Source: Eubacteriales bacterium (GTDB taxonomy: Bacteria > Bacillota > Clostridia > Oscillospirales > CAG-272). Taken from it: a DNA stretch of 35,877 bases. The notes beneath the pieces are model-generated. The model was not told the DNA's origin. It did no database searches and saw only the letters and a list, made by a program, of their open reading frames with translations. Of this stretch, positions 24,377 through 32,696 are shown one piece after another. Every line of letters starts with the position of its first letter. Position 1 is the first letter of the stretch. The position numbers and the translations under genes were made by a program. Where the stretch lies: contig JAZSNX010000085.1 in the NCBI GenBank assembly GCA_045536665.1, positions 1-35,877 on the forward strand. The letters run 5' to 3'.

Positions 24377-25657
24377 TTATTTTTTGTACCAATAGCATTT
24401 GGAGTATTCATCCATGAATAGCGCTACGTTGTGCTCAGGGTCGGATACGTCTACTCTCTTAGGAAAGATAGTATACATATGTCTTATCTTCCAACCCTCG
24501 GGATTTTCAAACGTTATCTTTTTCAATGCGGTGCAGCCGTCAAAGGCGTTGTCTCCAATTTCAACGACGCCGTTGCCGAAAGTTACGCTTTCAAGATTAG
24601 GGCAATAGCTGAATGCGGCATACGATACAGTCTCAACGCTATCGGGAAGCGTGAGTGTTGTAAGAGACGAGCAAAAGCCGAACGCCTGACCGCCTATGTG
24701 CTTTAGTCCGTTCCCCAGAGAAATGCTGCGTAGTCCTTCGCAATGGATAAATGCCGAGTGATCGATCTCCTCAACACTGTCGGGGAGAGTGATATGTGTT
24801 AGCTTTTTGGCATTTTCAAAAGCATAGCGGTCAATGATAACAGTACCGTCGGGTACTTGATAGTCGGTAGTATCCTGAGCTGCCGCATACTTTATAAGAC
24901 GTGTGCCATCACGTGAAAACAGACTTCCGTTTACCGATCTATAGCTCGTGTTTTCATCGGACACGGTGATCTTTTGAATGGAATCGCAGGATTCAAATAC
25001 CATAGTTCCTATTGATTCTACGGTTTTGGGAATATGTATCGTTTTGATATATGAGCAGTACTCAAACGCAAAGCTTCCAATCGATATTACTCCGTCGGGA
25101 ATGGCGAGCTCTCGCAGCTGATTACAGCGATCCAGCGCGCCTCCGCAAATAATGACTGTGTCGGGATGTATCGTGATATCGCCTATGCCTGTCGATGAGG
25201 CACAAGCCAAGGCATAATAGGGGTTATCCACAGTTCCGACGTAACAGCCGTTTTTGTATTCATTATAGGTCATTTTATCGCAAAATGAAAATATGTGAGT
25301 ATCTATTTCACGAATTCCGCTACCTAAGGTGACGCGCTCCAATGCGTAACATTTGCTGAACACGAAGCTTTCTATTTTGATAACACTGTCGGGAAACGTT
25401 ACCGATATTACGTTGTCGCAGTATTGAAATGCCGACCCACCGATGACGGTGACAGGCATTCCTTTGATGCTTTCGGGTATAGAAACGTCCGTATCTGCAC
25501 CCGTATACTTGGTTATCGTCACCTCGTTGTTTTCAACGGTATATTGGTAATTATCATACGTATATTCCTTTTTTTGGTTTGAACAGGACGATAAACAAAA
25601 TATGCACGAGGTCAATATTAAGACCAATAACAACAAAACGGAGAGTATTCTTTTCAT
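24377..25657 (-). CDS. BspA-type leucine-rich-repeat surface lipoprotein
   Basis: Signal/lipobox LILTSCIFCLSSC. It contains more than 10 repeats of the pattern IP.SV..IG..AF..C..L..I. Confidence 0.8.
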   Translation of the reverse strand: MKRILSVLLLLVLILTSCIFCLSSCSNQKKEYTYDNYQYTVENNEVTITKYTGADTDVSIPESIKGMPVTVIGGSAFQYCDNVISVTFPDSVIKIESFVFSKCYALERVTLGSGIREIDTHIFSFCDKMTYNEYKNGCYVGTVDNPYYALACASSTGIGDITIHPDTVIICGGALDRCNQLRELAIPDGVISIGSFAFEYCSYIKTIHIPKTVESIGTMVFESCDSIQKITVSDENTSYRSVNGSLFSRDGTRLIKYAAAQDTTDYQVPDGTVIIDRYAFENAKKLTHITLPDSVEEIDHSAFIHCEGLRSISLGNGLKHIGGQAFGFCSSLTTLTLPDSVETVSYAAFSYCPNLESVTFGNGVVEIGDNAFDGCTALKKITFENPEGWKIRHMYTIFPKRVDVSDPEHNVALFMDEYSKCYWYKK

Positions 25658-25691
25658 TGTTCTTACTTCCTTTCGTCAATACTACACCTTA

Positions 25692-25720
25692 AGTATATCA
25701 TAACGGCAGATGTTTGTCAA
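25692..25720 (-). promoter_or_regulatory. Promoter for the LRR lipoprotein gene
   Basis: The minus strand reads TTGACA (25715-25720), 17 nt, TATACT (25692-25697). Confidence 0.55.
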
Positions 25721-25746
25721 TAGACCGCAACCAATAGTTGAGATGC

Positions 25747-26514
25747 TCACTTATTCAAATAGTACTTGCGAAATTCAGTCGGACTCATACCCGAATAGCG
25801 GCGAAACGCGTTGGCAAAATAATATGGATTTGAATATCCGCACATTTCGGATATCTGAGTTATACTGTAAGGGTAATTGAGCAAAAGGCTTTTTGCGTTT
25901 TGCAGTCTTAGCATACTTAAATAATTTGACGGTGTTGTGCCGAGCTCTTGTCTGAATTTCCAAATGAGTCCCGAATGGCTCAAAAACACTTGCTTTGCAA
26001 GCTCGTCCATATCTATTTTTTTATTCAAATTGTTTCTCATATACCTTGTGGCAATTTCAATTTCCTTGCTGAAGGGCCGGGTTTTGGCTTTGCTTTTGTT
26101 ACCAAAAAGATAATTTTCAGCAAAGATATGCTTCAATATATGCGTTATCAGCACACGGTTGTCCGAGCGAAAAAAAGCATGCTTCATGCTTTCAAATATT
26201 GCCTCGCTCTGCTCGGTGGGTATATTTATCTTTCCGCAGCTTGCCGAAAGATAAAACGGATGGTCTGCCTGAGCGAAAAATTCCATATTGTAGCACGTCA
26301 AGGTCTTTGTGACTTTTCGCTCAAATTCAAGCCCCGCGGGCATAAACGCAATTTCGTTTTTTGATACGGTTACCGTTTTTTGCTCTTTTTTAAATGATAT
26401 CGTGCATTCTCCCTCTAGCACCATTATCAGCATATCCCAATTGTTTTTAGCTGACATCAGCTTGAATTGCTCAAAGCTCTCTCGATAGGTTTGTGTTATA
26501 AGCTCTATTTGCAT
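25747..26514 (-). CDS. AraC family transcriptional regulator (cupin-like N-terminus plus HTH_18)
   Basis: C-terminal double HTH ending ..GYSNPYYFANAFRRYSGMSPTEFRK. It is divergent from the MATE gene. Confidence 0.85.
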   Translation of the reverse strand: MQIELITQTYRESFEQFKLMSAKNNWDMLIMVLEGECTISFKKEQKTVTVSKNEIAFMPAGLEFERKVTKTLTCYNMEFFAQADHPFYLSASCGKINIPTEQSEAIFESMKHAFFRSDNRVLITHILKHIFAENYLFGNKSKAKTRPFSKEIEIATRYMRNNLNKKIDMDELAKQVFLSHSGLIWKFRQELGTTPSNYLSMLRLQNAKSLLLNYPYSITQISEMCGYSNPYYFANAFRRYSGMSPTEFRKYYLNK

Positions 26515-26616
26515 AGCTCACCCCAATTTACTGTAAAATTTTATAGGTTTATTATAAATCAGAGTATGGAGTTTGTCAATATAAAATGCTATAATTATCC
26601 TGAAAGGGGTGAAAAT

Positions 26617-27978
26617 ATGGCTAAAAAAGTTGATGCGACACAAGGAAATCTTATTAAGCACATATTTGTATATACCATTCCCTTGATCATCAGTATAGTA
26701 GTTCAAAACCTTTTCACCATCGCCGACAAGGCGGTGCTCGGAAATATGGCGGGAAGCGTCGCGGTGGCTGCAATAGGAGCTACGACGCCGATAACGTCGC
26801 TTGTTGTAAACGGCGCGATGGGGCTTTCGACAGGCACAGCGATAATACTTGCCCGCTTTGTCGGTCAGAAAAATGAAGAAAAGATACGACGGACGATGGA
26901 TACCTCGGTGATAACCGCGACATTGATCGGAGTCGTCGTTGCGATAATAGGTTTTTTTCTTACCCCCGTAATTCTTACGTTGACCAAGTGTCCGACAGAG
27001 TGCTACAATGACGCAATGCTGTATATGAGAATATTTCTTTGCGCAGCTCCCGCAACTCTGCTGTACAACTATGGCTCGAATATAATGCGAGTTCTTGGCG
27101 ACACCAAAAGACCGCTTTTGTATATTTCAGTAGCAGGTGTCGTTAACGTTGTGTTAAACGTTGTGCTTTGCCTGATACTCCCTCAAAAGGTGGTGGCAGT
27201 GGCTGTAGCGACCGTTCTTTCCAAAGTGCTCAGCGTCGTGATTTTGCTGTGGCGACTTTGCCACCTTGAGGATAACACAAGGCTGCGCTTGGGTTCAATG
27301 CGGTTTCAATTTGATATATTTACTAAAATACTTCGTTTCGGTATCCCCTCGTCAATTTCAAATCTCGTTCTTCCGCTTGGAAATATGCAGATAGTGACCG
27401 CGATAAATACGTTTGGCGTTGATGCGGTTGCGGGTGTGGCTGCCGCCACATCGGTCAACAACATCGTCTTGGCTGTAAACTCAGGATTTTCCTCTGCCGC
27501 AACAACCTTTATCGGGCAAAACATCGGCGCAAAAAACACAGACCGTGTAAAAAAATCGTTTTGGTATCTGCTCATTATCAATGTGCTTATCACGGGAACG
27601 GTCGGTGCAGTTGCCTTCCTTAGCGGCAGATTTTGGATAGGACTTATAATCGGAGCTTCGTCAAAGGCGGCTATAGATTTTGGTATGCAACGAATGTTTT
27701 ACGTAACGCTGTTTATGTTCATAAGCGCCGCAAACAGCATATTGACAAGTGCCTTGCAGGCTTTTGGATACCCACTTCTCATAAGCATTACAAATATTTT
27801 CTTCAACCTCGGATTTCGAGTGCTTTGGATGCAGCTTGTTTATCCGCAAGCGCCGAATTTTGCCACTATAATGCTGTGCTTCCCCGTTTCGTGGTTGCTT
27901 AATATGCTGTTTTTTGCTATATTTTTTACAGTTGTATATATACGATATATGAAAAAAGGTATCTGCAAAAAAATATAG
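26617..27978 (+). CDS. MATE family efflux transporter
   Basis: The ATG at 26617 follows a GAAAGGGGTG RBS. The N-terminal GNLIKHIFVYTIPLIISIVVQNLFTIADKAVLG is typical of MATE/NorM proteins, and there are about 12 TM helices. Confidence 0.85.
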   Translation: MAKKVDATQGNLIKHIFVYTIPLIISIVVQNLFTIADKAVLGNMAGSVAVAAIGATTPITSLVVNGAMGLSTGTAIILARFVGQKNEEKIRRTMDTSVITATLIGVVVAIIGFFLTPVILTLTKCPTECYNDAMLYMRIFLCAAPATLLYNYGSNIMRVLGDTKRPLLYISVAGVVNVVLNVVLCLILPQKVVAVAVATVLSKVLSVVILLWRLCHLEDNTRLRLGSMRFQFDIFTKILRFGIPSSISNLVLPLGNMQIVTAINTFGVDAVAGVAAATSVNNIVLAVNSGFSSAATTFIGQNIGAKNTDRVKKSFWYLLIINVLITGTVGAVAFLSGRFWIGLIIGASSKAAIDFGMQRMFYVTLFMFISAANSILTSALQAFGYPLLISITNIFFNLGFRVLWMQLVYPQAPNFATIMLCFPVSWLLNMLFFAIFFTVVYIRYMKKGICKKI

Positions 27979-27986
27979 GTCAAAAA

Positions 27987-28014
27987 AGCGATACGCATAA
28001 GCGTATCGCTTTTT
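27987..28014. terminator. Bidirectional terminator shared by the MATE gene (+) and the tRNA-Leu unit (-)
   Basis: AGCGATACGCataaGCGTATCGCT flanked by an A-run and a T-run. Confidence 0.75.
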
Positions 28015-28035
28015 GGTTGGTGCGGGTGACAGGAC
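28011..28035 (-). repeat. Extra copy of the tRNA-Leu 3' end plus 7 nt of trailer (25/25 identical to 28209-28233)
   Basis: Exact 25-mer TTTTGGTTGGTGCGGGTGACAGGAC. The similarity continues after a 4-nt indel (TTGAAC, the T-loop). Confidence 0.85.
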
Positions 28036-28215
28036 AAGGTTGAACAGGTTTCGCAAAGCGAAACCGCAAGTTTGTCTTGACGAACAAGGTTCGTCATTTG
28101 CTTTCGCAAACCGCCAAACGTTGCCGCCCGGCGACTAACGTCGCCTTGCAACTTCTACGAGCAAATCACACAGACCAACCAAAAGGCGGTAAGCTAATGC
28201 ATACCGGCTTTTGGT

Positions 28216-28298
28216 TGGTGCGGGTGACAGGACTTGAACCTGCACGAATTAACACAAGATCCTAAATCTTGCGCGTCTGCCAATTCCGCCACACCCGC
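28216..28298 (-). tRNA. tRNA-Leu (anticodon UAG), class II with a long variable arm and encoded CCA
   Basis: The minus strand reads GCGGGTG TG GCG GAATTGGCAGA CGC G CAAGA TTTAGGA TCTTG TGTTAATTCGT GCAGG TTCAAGT CCTGT CACCCGC A CCA. The cloverleaf was folded by hand. Confidence 0.9.
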
Positions 28299-28341
28299 AT
28301 AGTTTATTAAATTTTATCTCTCTATCTGCCCGTTTTACATA

Positions 28342-28352
28342 GGCAGACGCGC
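28342..28352 (+). repeat. Inverted 11-nt copy of the tRNA-Leu D-arm segment (GGCAGACGCGC)
   Basis: The plus-strand GGCAGACGCGC equals the minus-strand tRNA sequence at 28271-28281. In the minus-strand transcript it is therefore antisense to the D-arm. Confidence 0.6.
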
Positions 28353-28465
28353 CCGCGTGACAGCTTGAAACATAGTCGTCTTTCTCGCTTTGGCTCGAAA
28401 TACTCCTTGTTTCTGCGCCTTGTTAAACTCGCTTTATCACCCATCGGGTGCGCTCGTTTTCCAAG

Positions 28466-28490
28466 CTGCCAATTCCGCCACACCCGCATA
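28466..28490 (-). repeat. Extra copy of the tRNA-Leu 5' end (22 nt of the tRNA plus 3 nt upstream; 25/25 identical to 28277-28301)
   Basis: Exact 25-mer CTGCCAATTCCGCCACACCCGCATA. Confidence 0.85.
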
Positions 28491-28524
28491 TAAGAAATGC
28501 GATGTGATTTTTTTAGCCTATAAG

Positions 28525-28553
28525 AGTTTATCATATTTTTGCTTATTTGTCAA
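28525..28553 (-). promoter_or_regulatory. Promoter upstream of the 5' tRNA fragment (drives the whole tRNA-Leu unit)
   Basis: The minus strand reads TTGACA (28548-28553), 17 nt, TAAACT (28525-28530), with a TGn extended -10. Confidence 0.55.
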
Positions 28554-28604
28554 GATAAAAAAGAAATGGCGCACAATAATTTGTTTTAAAGTTCTTGAAA
28601 GGGG

Positions 28605-28640
28605 TTTGGGGAAAACTTCTTTCACGAAGTTTTCCCCAAA
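28605..28640 (-). terminator. Perfect 15-bp hairpin downstream of the M20 peptidase gene (weak U-tract)
   Basis: TTTGGGGAAAACTTCtttcacGAAGTTTTCCCCAAA. On the minus strand it is followed by CCCCTTTC. Confidence 0.5.
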
Positions 28641-28655
28641 CGCATCTTCGCGTCC

Positions 28656-30092
28656 TCAGCACTGTTTCATAAGTCTTATATAAAACTCGACTGCGCGGTA
28701 GGCGGTCTCAAGACGAATGCGCTCGTTATGACCGTGTATGGTGCTTCTCTCCTCTGATGTGAGGTCCATTGCCGAGAAGCGGTAGACTCTGTCGCATATC
28801 TCGCCGTAATGGCGGCTATCCGAGCACTGCACCATAAGGTAAGGCGACACGATGCAGCCCTTCCAGGTGTTTGCGACAGCCGCGGCGACCTTGTCGTATT
28901 CCTTGCAATCTGTGCGAGAAATGGGGCTTGGCTCCATACAGCTCTCAACGCAGAGCTCGATACCTTCGTTCTTTATTGTCCTTCTTATCCTTTCGGTCGC
29001 GGACGCAACGCTGTCCTCGGGATTAAGGCGAAGATTTGCGACCATAGACGACGAGGGCGGTATGACGTTGGGCGCGGCGCTTCCGCTTGCCTGAGTGAAC
29101 GCGACGGTGGTACGAACGAGGGCGTTTATCTCCCCACCGCTCTTTTTGCAGATAAGGTTAAGAATACCGCGAAACAGCCACATATTGGCGAATATCATAC
29201 GGAAAAGAAATGTTGAATGACGTCCGAGATTATCAAAAAGCTCGGAGACGGGCTTTGTGATATGCATTGGAAACGGCTTGTTCTCCACGTCACAGCAAGC
29301 CCTTGAGAGCTCGCCGATAGGCGTGTGAGGCTTGGGTGCGGAGGCGTGTCCGCCGTTTGACTGCATAGAGAATTTAAGATTCATCATTCCCTTTTCCGCG
29401 ATCCCTATAAGACCGCAGGGCTGCTTGACTCCGGGGAAAACGTTCTCTACGACCGCGCCGCCCTCATCTACCACAAGAGCGGGCTTAATGCCGTTTTCAA
29501 CAAAATATTTTACGATGTTCTCAGCTCCCTCTCCATTTGTCTCCTCTCCGCCCGAAAAGGCGAAGTACATATCCTGCTCGGGTACAAATCCCGTGGAGAT
29601 GAGCTTGTTTGCCGCCTGAAGAACGGCATTGAACGTGACCTTTGTGTCAAGAGAGCCCCTGCCCCAAAGCACGCCGTCCTCGATAATTGCCTCAAAGGGC
29701 GGCTTTTGCCATTTGTCTGCCTCTACGGGCACGACGTCGTAATGCGCCATCATAACCGACGGCTCATCGTGTGACTTGCCCTCCCACTTGAAGAGCAGAG
29801 CTCTGTCGGGCAGCTGCGTAAAGTCGCAAACGCGGAACACCTCGGAGTAAAGCGAGGGGAGCATATTGACCAGCTTATCGAATTCGTCGTTGTCCTCAAG
29901 TGAGCGGTCGTAGTATGAGACAGTCTTGCAACGAATGAGCTTTTGAAGAGCCTCTGTTACGTTGCCCTTGTCAAAGTCCTCGCACTCTATCTCGGGTATA
30001 TTCTGCTCCTTTGGACGGAATGCGGCGGTACGAATGAGAAGCACCGCGACAAGGACAGCAAGCAGACCGAGTATTATAAACAAAGCAATCAT
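28656..30092 (-). CDS. M20 family metallopeptidase with an N-terminal membrane anchor
   Basis: N-terminal TM helix MIALFIILGLLAVLVAVLLI. M20 metal-binding motifs MMAHYDVVP, GRGSLDTK and SGGEETNGEGA. Confidence 0.8.
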   Translation of the reverse strand: MIALFIILGLLAVLVAVLLIRTAAFRPKEQNIPEIECEDFDKGNVTEALQKLIRCKTVSYYDRSLEDNDEFDKLVNMLPSLYSEVFRVCDFTQLPDRALLFKWEGKSHDEPSVMMAHYDVVPVEADKWQKPPFEAIIEDGVLWGRGSLDTKVTFNAVLQAANKLISTGFVPEQDMYFAFSGGEETNGEGAENIVKYFVENGIKPALVVDEGGAVVENVFPGVKQPCGLIGIAEKGMMNLKFSMQSNGGHASAPKPHTPIGELSRACCDVENKPFPMHITKPVSELFDNLGRHSTFLFRMIFANMWLFRGILNLICKKSGGEINALVRTTVAFTQASGSAAPNVIPPSSSMVANLRLNPEDSVASATERIRRTIKNEGIELCVESCMEPSPISRTDCKEYDKVAAAVANTWKGCIVSPYLMVQCSDSRHYGEICDRVYRFSAMDLTSEERSTIHGHNERIRLETAYRAVEFYIRLMKQC

Positions 30093-30112
30093 TTATATAG
30101 ACCTCTTTTCTA

Positions 30113-30784
30113 TCATATCCAGCCCTTTTTATACATAATGCGGCTGACAAGGAGAGTGAACAATACTCCAACAGGTACCATTATACCAACAGTTCCCTCG
30201 TTGAACGCGGGAACGAAGATAAACAGCGCGAGCATAAGTATGACGGGGGCGATAGCTATCTTCCAGTTTCTCGAAATAAACACAACGCCAAGTCCGCCGA
30301 AGAGCGCGGGGAGTATCTGCGCGAAGGCGGGAGCGAGCACGGGCGCGTTGAGCACGGGGGAAAGCGGAACGAGCAGAATGACACCGAGAATGATTATGAG
30401 GGTGGTCACTATACTTGACACAGCAATAGCGATAGTGGAGACTACCTCTCCCTCCTCGCTGTTTGCCTTGACGCCCGCCTGCTCAAGAGCTCCGAGAGCG
30501 CAGGGGAGCTTGAGATTTGAGATGTTACCCGTTACGAACGATAGATAAGAGCCGCCCGCGCCGAGCATAGGGATATATGTAAATACCTCTACAAAGCCTA
30601 CCGCCCAATACATAGGAGCTGTCGCGATGAGTCCGCCGACAAGTCCCTTCCAATCGGGCAGGACGCCAAAGATGGCGCACAGCGCTATCGGAAAAGCAAG
30701 CAGAACTATCATAACGAGGATATTCCATTTAGCGCCCCAGGAATAGACGCTGTCCATATAAGAAAGATCGTTTCTGTTTTTCAT
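30113..30784 (-). CDS. Multi-pass membrane protein, function unknown
   Basis: About 6 hydrophobic helices. The ATG at 30784 lies 9 nt after an AGGAGG RBS; the tracked ORF starts at a GTG at 30793. Confidence 0.6.
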   Translation of the reverse strand: MKNRNDLSYMDSVYSWGAKWNILVMIVLLAFPIALCAIFGVLPDWKGLVGGLIATAPMYWAVGFVEVFTYIPMLGAGGSYLSFVTGNISNLKLPCALGALEQAGVKANSEEGEVVSTIAIAVSSIVTTLIIILGVILLVPLSPVLNAPVLAPAFAQILPALFGGLGVVFISRNWKIAIAPVILMLALFIFVPAFNEGTVGIMVPVGVLFTLLVSRIMYKKGWI

Positions 30785-30797
30785 TTCTCGCACCTCC

Positions 30798-31538
30798 TTA
30801 TGACAGCCAAGCCGTTATCGGTATAGCACTTGCCATATCGCCGATAAGACTTACGGGCAGAGCGTAATCGGATATCCATTTGGCGTTTTTGAATATCTTG
30901 ACGAGCAGTCCCGACAATAGCATAAGAACTGCCGATACAGCCATAACGCATACGGGGATAAGACCCGAAAGGTCTCCTTTGAAGACGGTTGAAAAGTCGC
31001 AGAAAACAAAGCCGACAAACGCGGATATCATACCGATGAACATTGACGCGGAGAAAATGTCCGACCACTTCTTGTCGCGCTTTTCAAGCGAGATCATACC
31101 GCCCTGAAGCTTTTTGCAGACAACGGGTACGAGCCAGATGCCTACCATAATGCTCAGGGTCATTACCAGAACGATGGTGACGTACTGCTGCGCGGTAAGC
31201 GCTGTTACTTGTCCAAGCGTCAACCCCATCGCGCTCTCCGCGTTGGCAGCCGCTATTGTCTCGTAGGAAAGTGAGCCTACAACGCTCAGCCTGAGCCACG
31301 GAAGCGCAATTCCAAGATCCTTTGCCAGAGCTATTACGCTGACAACTATCGCGACCGCGGGAGCGATAGTGAAGATAGCCGCGCTTATTGCTATCTTTTT
31401 GAGTTTTTTCTTGTCCATTCCAATGCGCACGCCCTGCTTCCACGCCTTGACGAGGAAAAATACCGATTGCCCAAGCACAAGGGCAATTATCAGAGCTACG
31501 AGCACGAAAAGAATGGGATGATTTACACTAAAGGTCAT
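30798..31538 (-). CDS. Multi-pass membrane protein, function unknown (possibly DUF5058-like, unverified)
   Basis: About 6 hydrophobic helices and an AAAGGAG RBS. It is tightly linked to the next two genes. Confidence 0.6.
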   Translation of the reverse strand: MTFSVNHPILFVLVALIIALVLGQSVFFLVKAWKQGVRIGMDKKKLKKIAISAAIFTIAPAVAIVVSVIALAKDLGIALPWLRLSVVGSLSYETIAAANAESAMGLTLGQVTALTAQQYVTIVLVMTLSIMVGIWLVPVVCKKLQGGMISLEKRDKKWSDIFSASMFIGMISAFVGFVFCDFSTVFKGDLSGLIPVCVMAVSAVLMLLSGLLVKIFKNAKWISDYALPVSLIGDMASAIPITAWLS

Positions 31539-31552
31539 TTTCGTTCTCCTTT

Positions 31553-31582
31553 AAATTTATTACTTTTAAATTTATTACTTTT
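31553..31582. repeat. Exact tandem duplication of a 15-nt unit (AAATTTATTACTTTT x2) abutting the RBS of the membrane-protein operon
   Basis: 31553-31567 is identical to 31568-31582, read directly. Confidence 0.8.
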
Positions 31583-31667
31583 TCAACATTTTACCATACA
31601 AATATGTATAAAATGTAAATATAGACATATTTCTCGAAAAGCCGATGTCTTTTTTGAAAATTGTCTC

Positions 31668-31697
31668 GGGGGTGCTTTCTCTCAGAAAAGCACCCCC
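31668..31697 (-). terminator. Hairpin downstream of the AraC gene (GGGGGTGCTTT..AAAGCACCCCC), weak U-tract
   Basis: 11-bp perfect stem, lying 12 nt beyond the AraC stop. Confidence 0.45.
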
Positions 31698-31708
31698 TAA
31701 AGGTATCC

Positions 31709-32539
31709 TTACATAAATTCCTTTTGATACTTATACGGCGTTATGCCGAATTTTTTGCGGAAGCGCATTATAAAATATGAGCAGTCCGAAAATCCGCTGC
31801 TGAGGCAGGCGTTTTGTACCGATTGACCTGCCGATAGCAGTTTCTTTGCCTCGGCAAAGCGCTTTGCCTCGATATAGTCCGATGGCGTTGTCTGGAAGTA
31901 GCGGCGGAAGCGGCGGCAGAGCGTGCTCTTGGAGATATAGAAATTATCGCAGATGAGTGTTACGGTGCAGGACGGCTCGGTGTAATGCGCGGATATATAC
32001 TCGACTATTTCCGAAAAGCTTGACGGCAGGCTCTGCGCCTCGATGGTGTCGTCTCGCTTGGCGCATATGATATCAAGTATCTCAAAAAAGTTCTTTATCG
32101 CCACGAAGGGATTTTTACTATCGGCTGAGCGTGCCTTGTGAAACTCAAAGCAAGCGTTTATTACTTTCTCCTTGTTTTCGTCGGACAGCACAAGAAGCTT
32201 GTTGCTTTCAAACTCTTCCTTGAGCTTGTCCGTCGCGAACGGAAGCTCGCGTATCCATATGCAAAAATGCTCGTGCGTACAGTTGCTGTGATAGATACAT
32301 CTATGTATCTCGTTTGGGGCTGTGACGATGATATCTCCTCTGTTTATTGAATAAAGATCGTCCTCAACGAGAAAGGAAACGTCTCCGCAGAGATTTATGT
32401 ATATCTCGTAAAAGTCGTGAATGTGCTCTCCGTCCCGAGTGATATCATCTACCTTGGTGAAGCGCTTGTCGTAGGTGATCTCGGTGTAGATATTGTCATT
32501 GTTTTCAAGCAAAGGCTTGAGTGTAGGTACGTATATCAT
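31709..32539 (-). CDS. AraC family transcriptional regulator
   Basis: Cupin-like N-terminus and a C-terminal HTH_18 (..GFSDCSYFIMRFRKKFGITPYKYQK). The ATG at 32539 follows a GGAGGA RBS; the tracked ORF starts at a TTG at 32554. Confidence 0.85.
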   Translation of the reverse strand: MIYVPTLKPLLENNDNIYTEITYDKRFTKVDDITRDGEHIHDFYEIYINLCGDVSFLVEDDLYSINRGDIIVTAPNEIHRCIYHSNCTHEHFCIWIRELPFATDKLKEEFESNKLLVLSDENKEKVINACFEFHKARSADSKNPFVAIKNFFEILDIICAKRDDTIEAQSLPSSFSEIVEYISAHYTEPSCTVTLICDNFYISKSTLCRRFRRYFQTTPSDYIEAKRFAEAKKLLSAGQSVQNACLSSGFSDCSYFIMRFRKKFGITPYKYQKEFM

Positions 32540-32696
32540 TTTTATCCTCCGCAAGTGACACGAAAGTTATATTTATTGACAATATATTTATAGTATTATT
32601 GTTTTTGTCGTGCTATAATTACTATGGTAACTATTATAGCATACAATTAATGAAATGTAAATAGCGTAAGTTAAAAAATTACGGAGGCAGAACGGT

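Noticed and set aside
27661-28534. ORFs of 62-131 aa overlapping the tRNA-Leu unit (27661-28056, 27840-28151, 28077-28265, 28322-28534)
   Set aside because: They overlap a bona fide tRNA, its fragments, the MATE gene end and terminators. They have no RBS or motifs.
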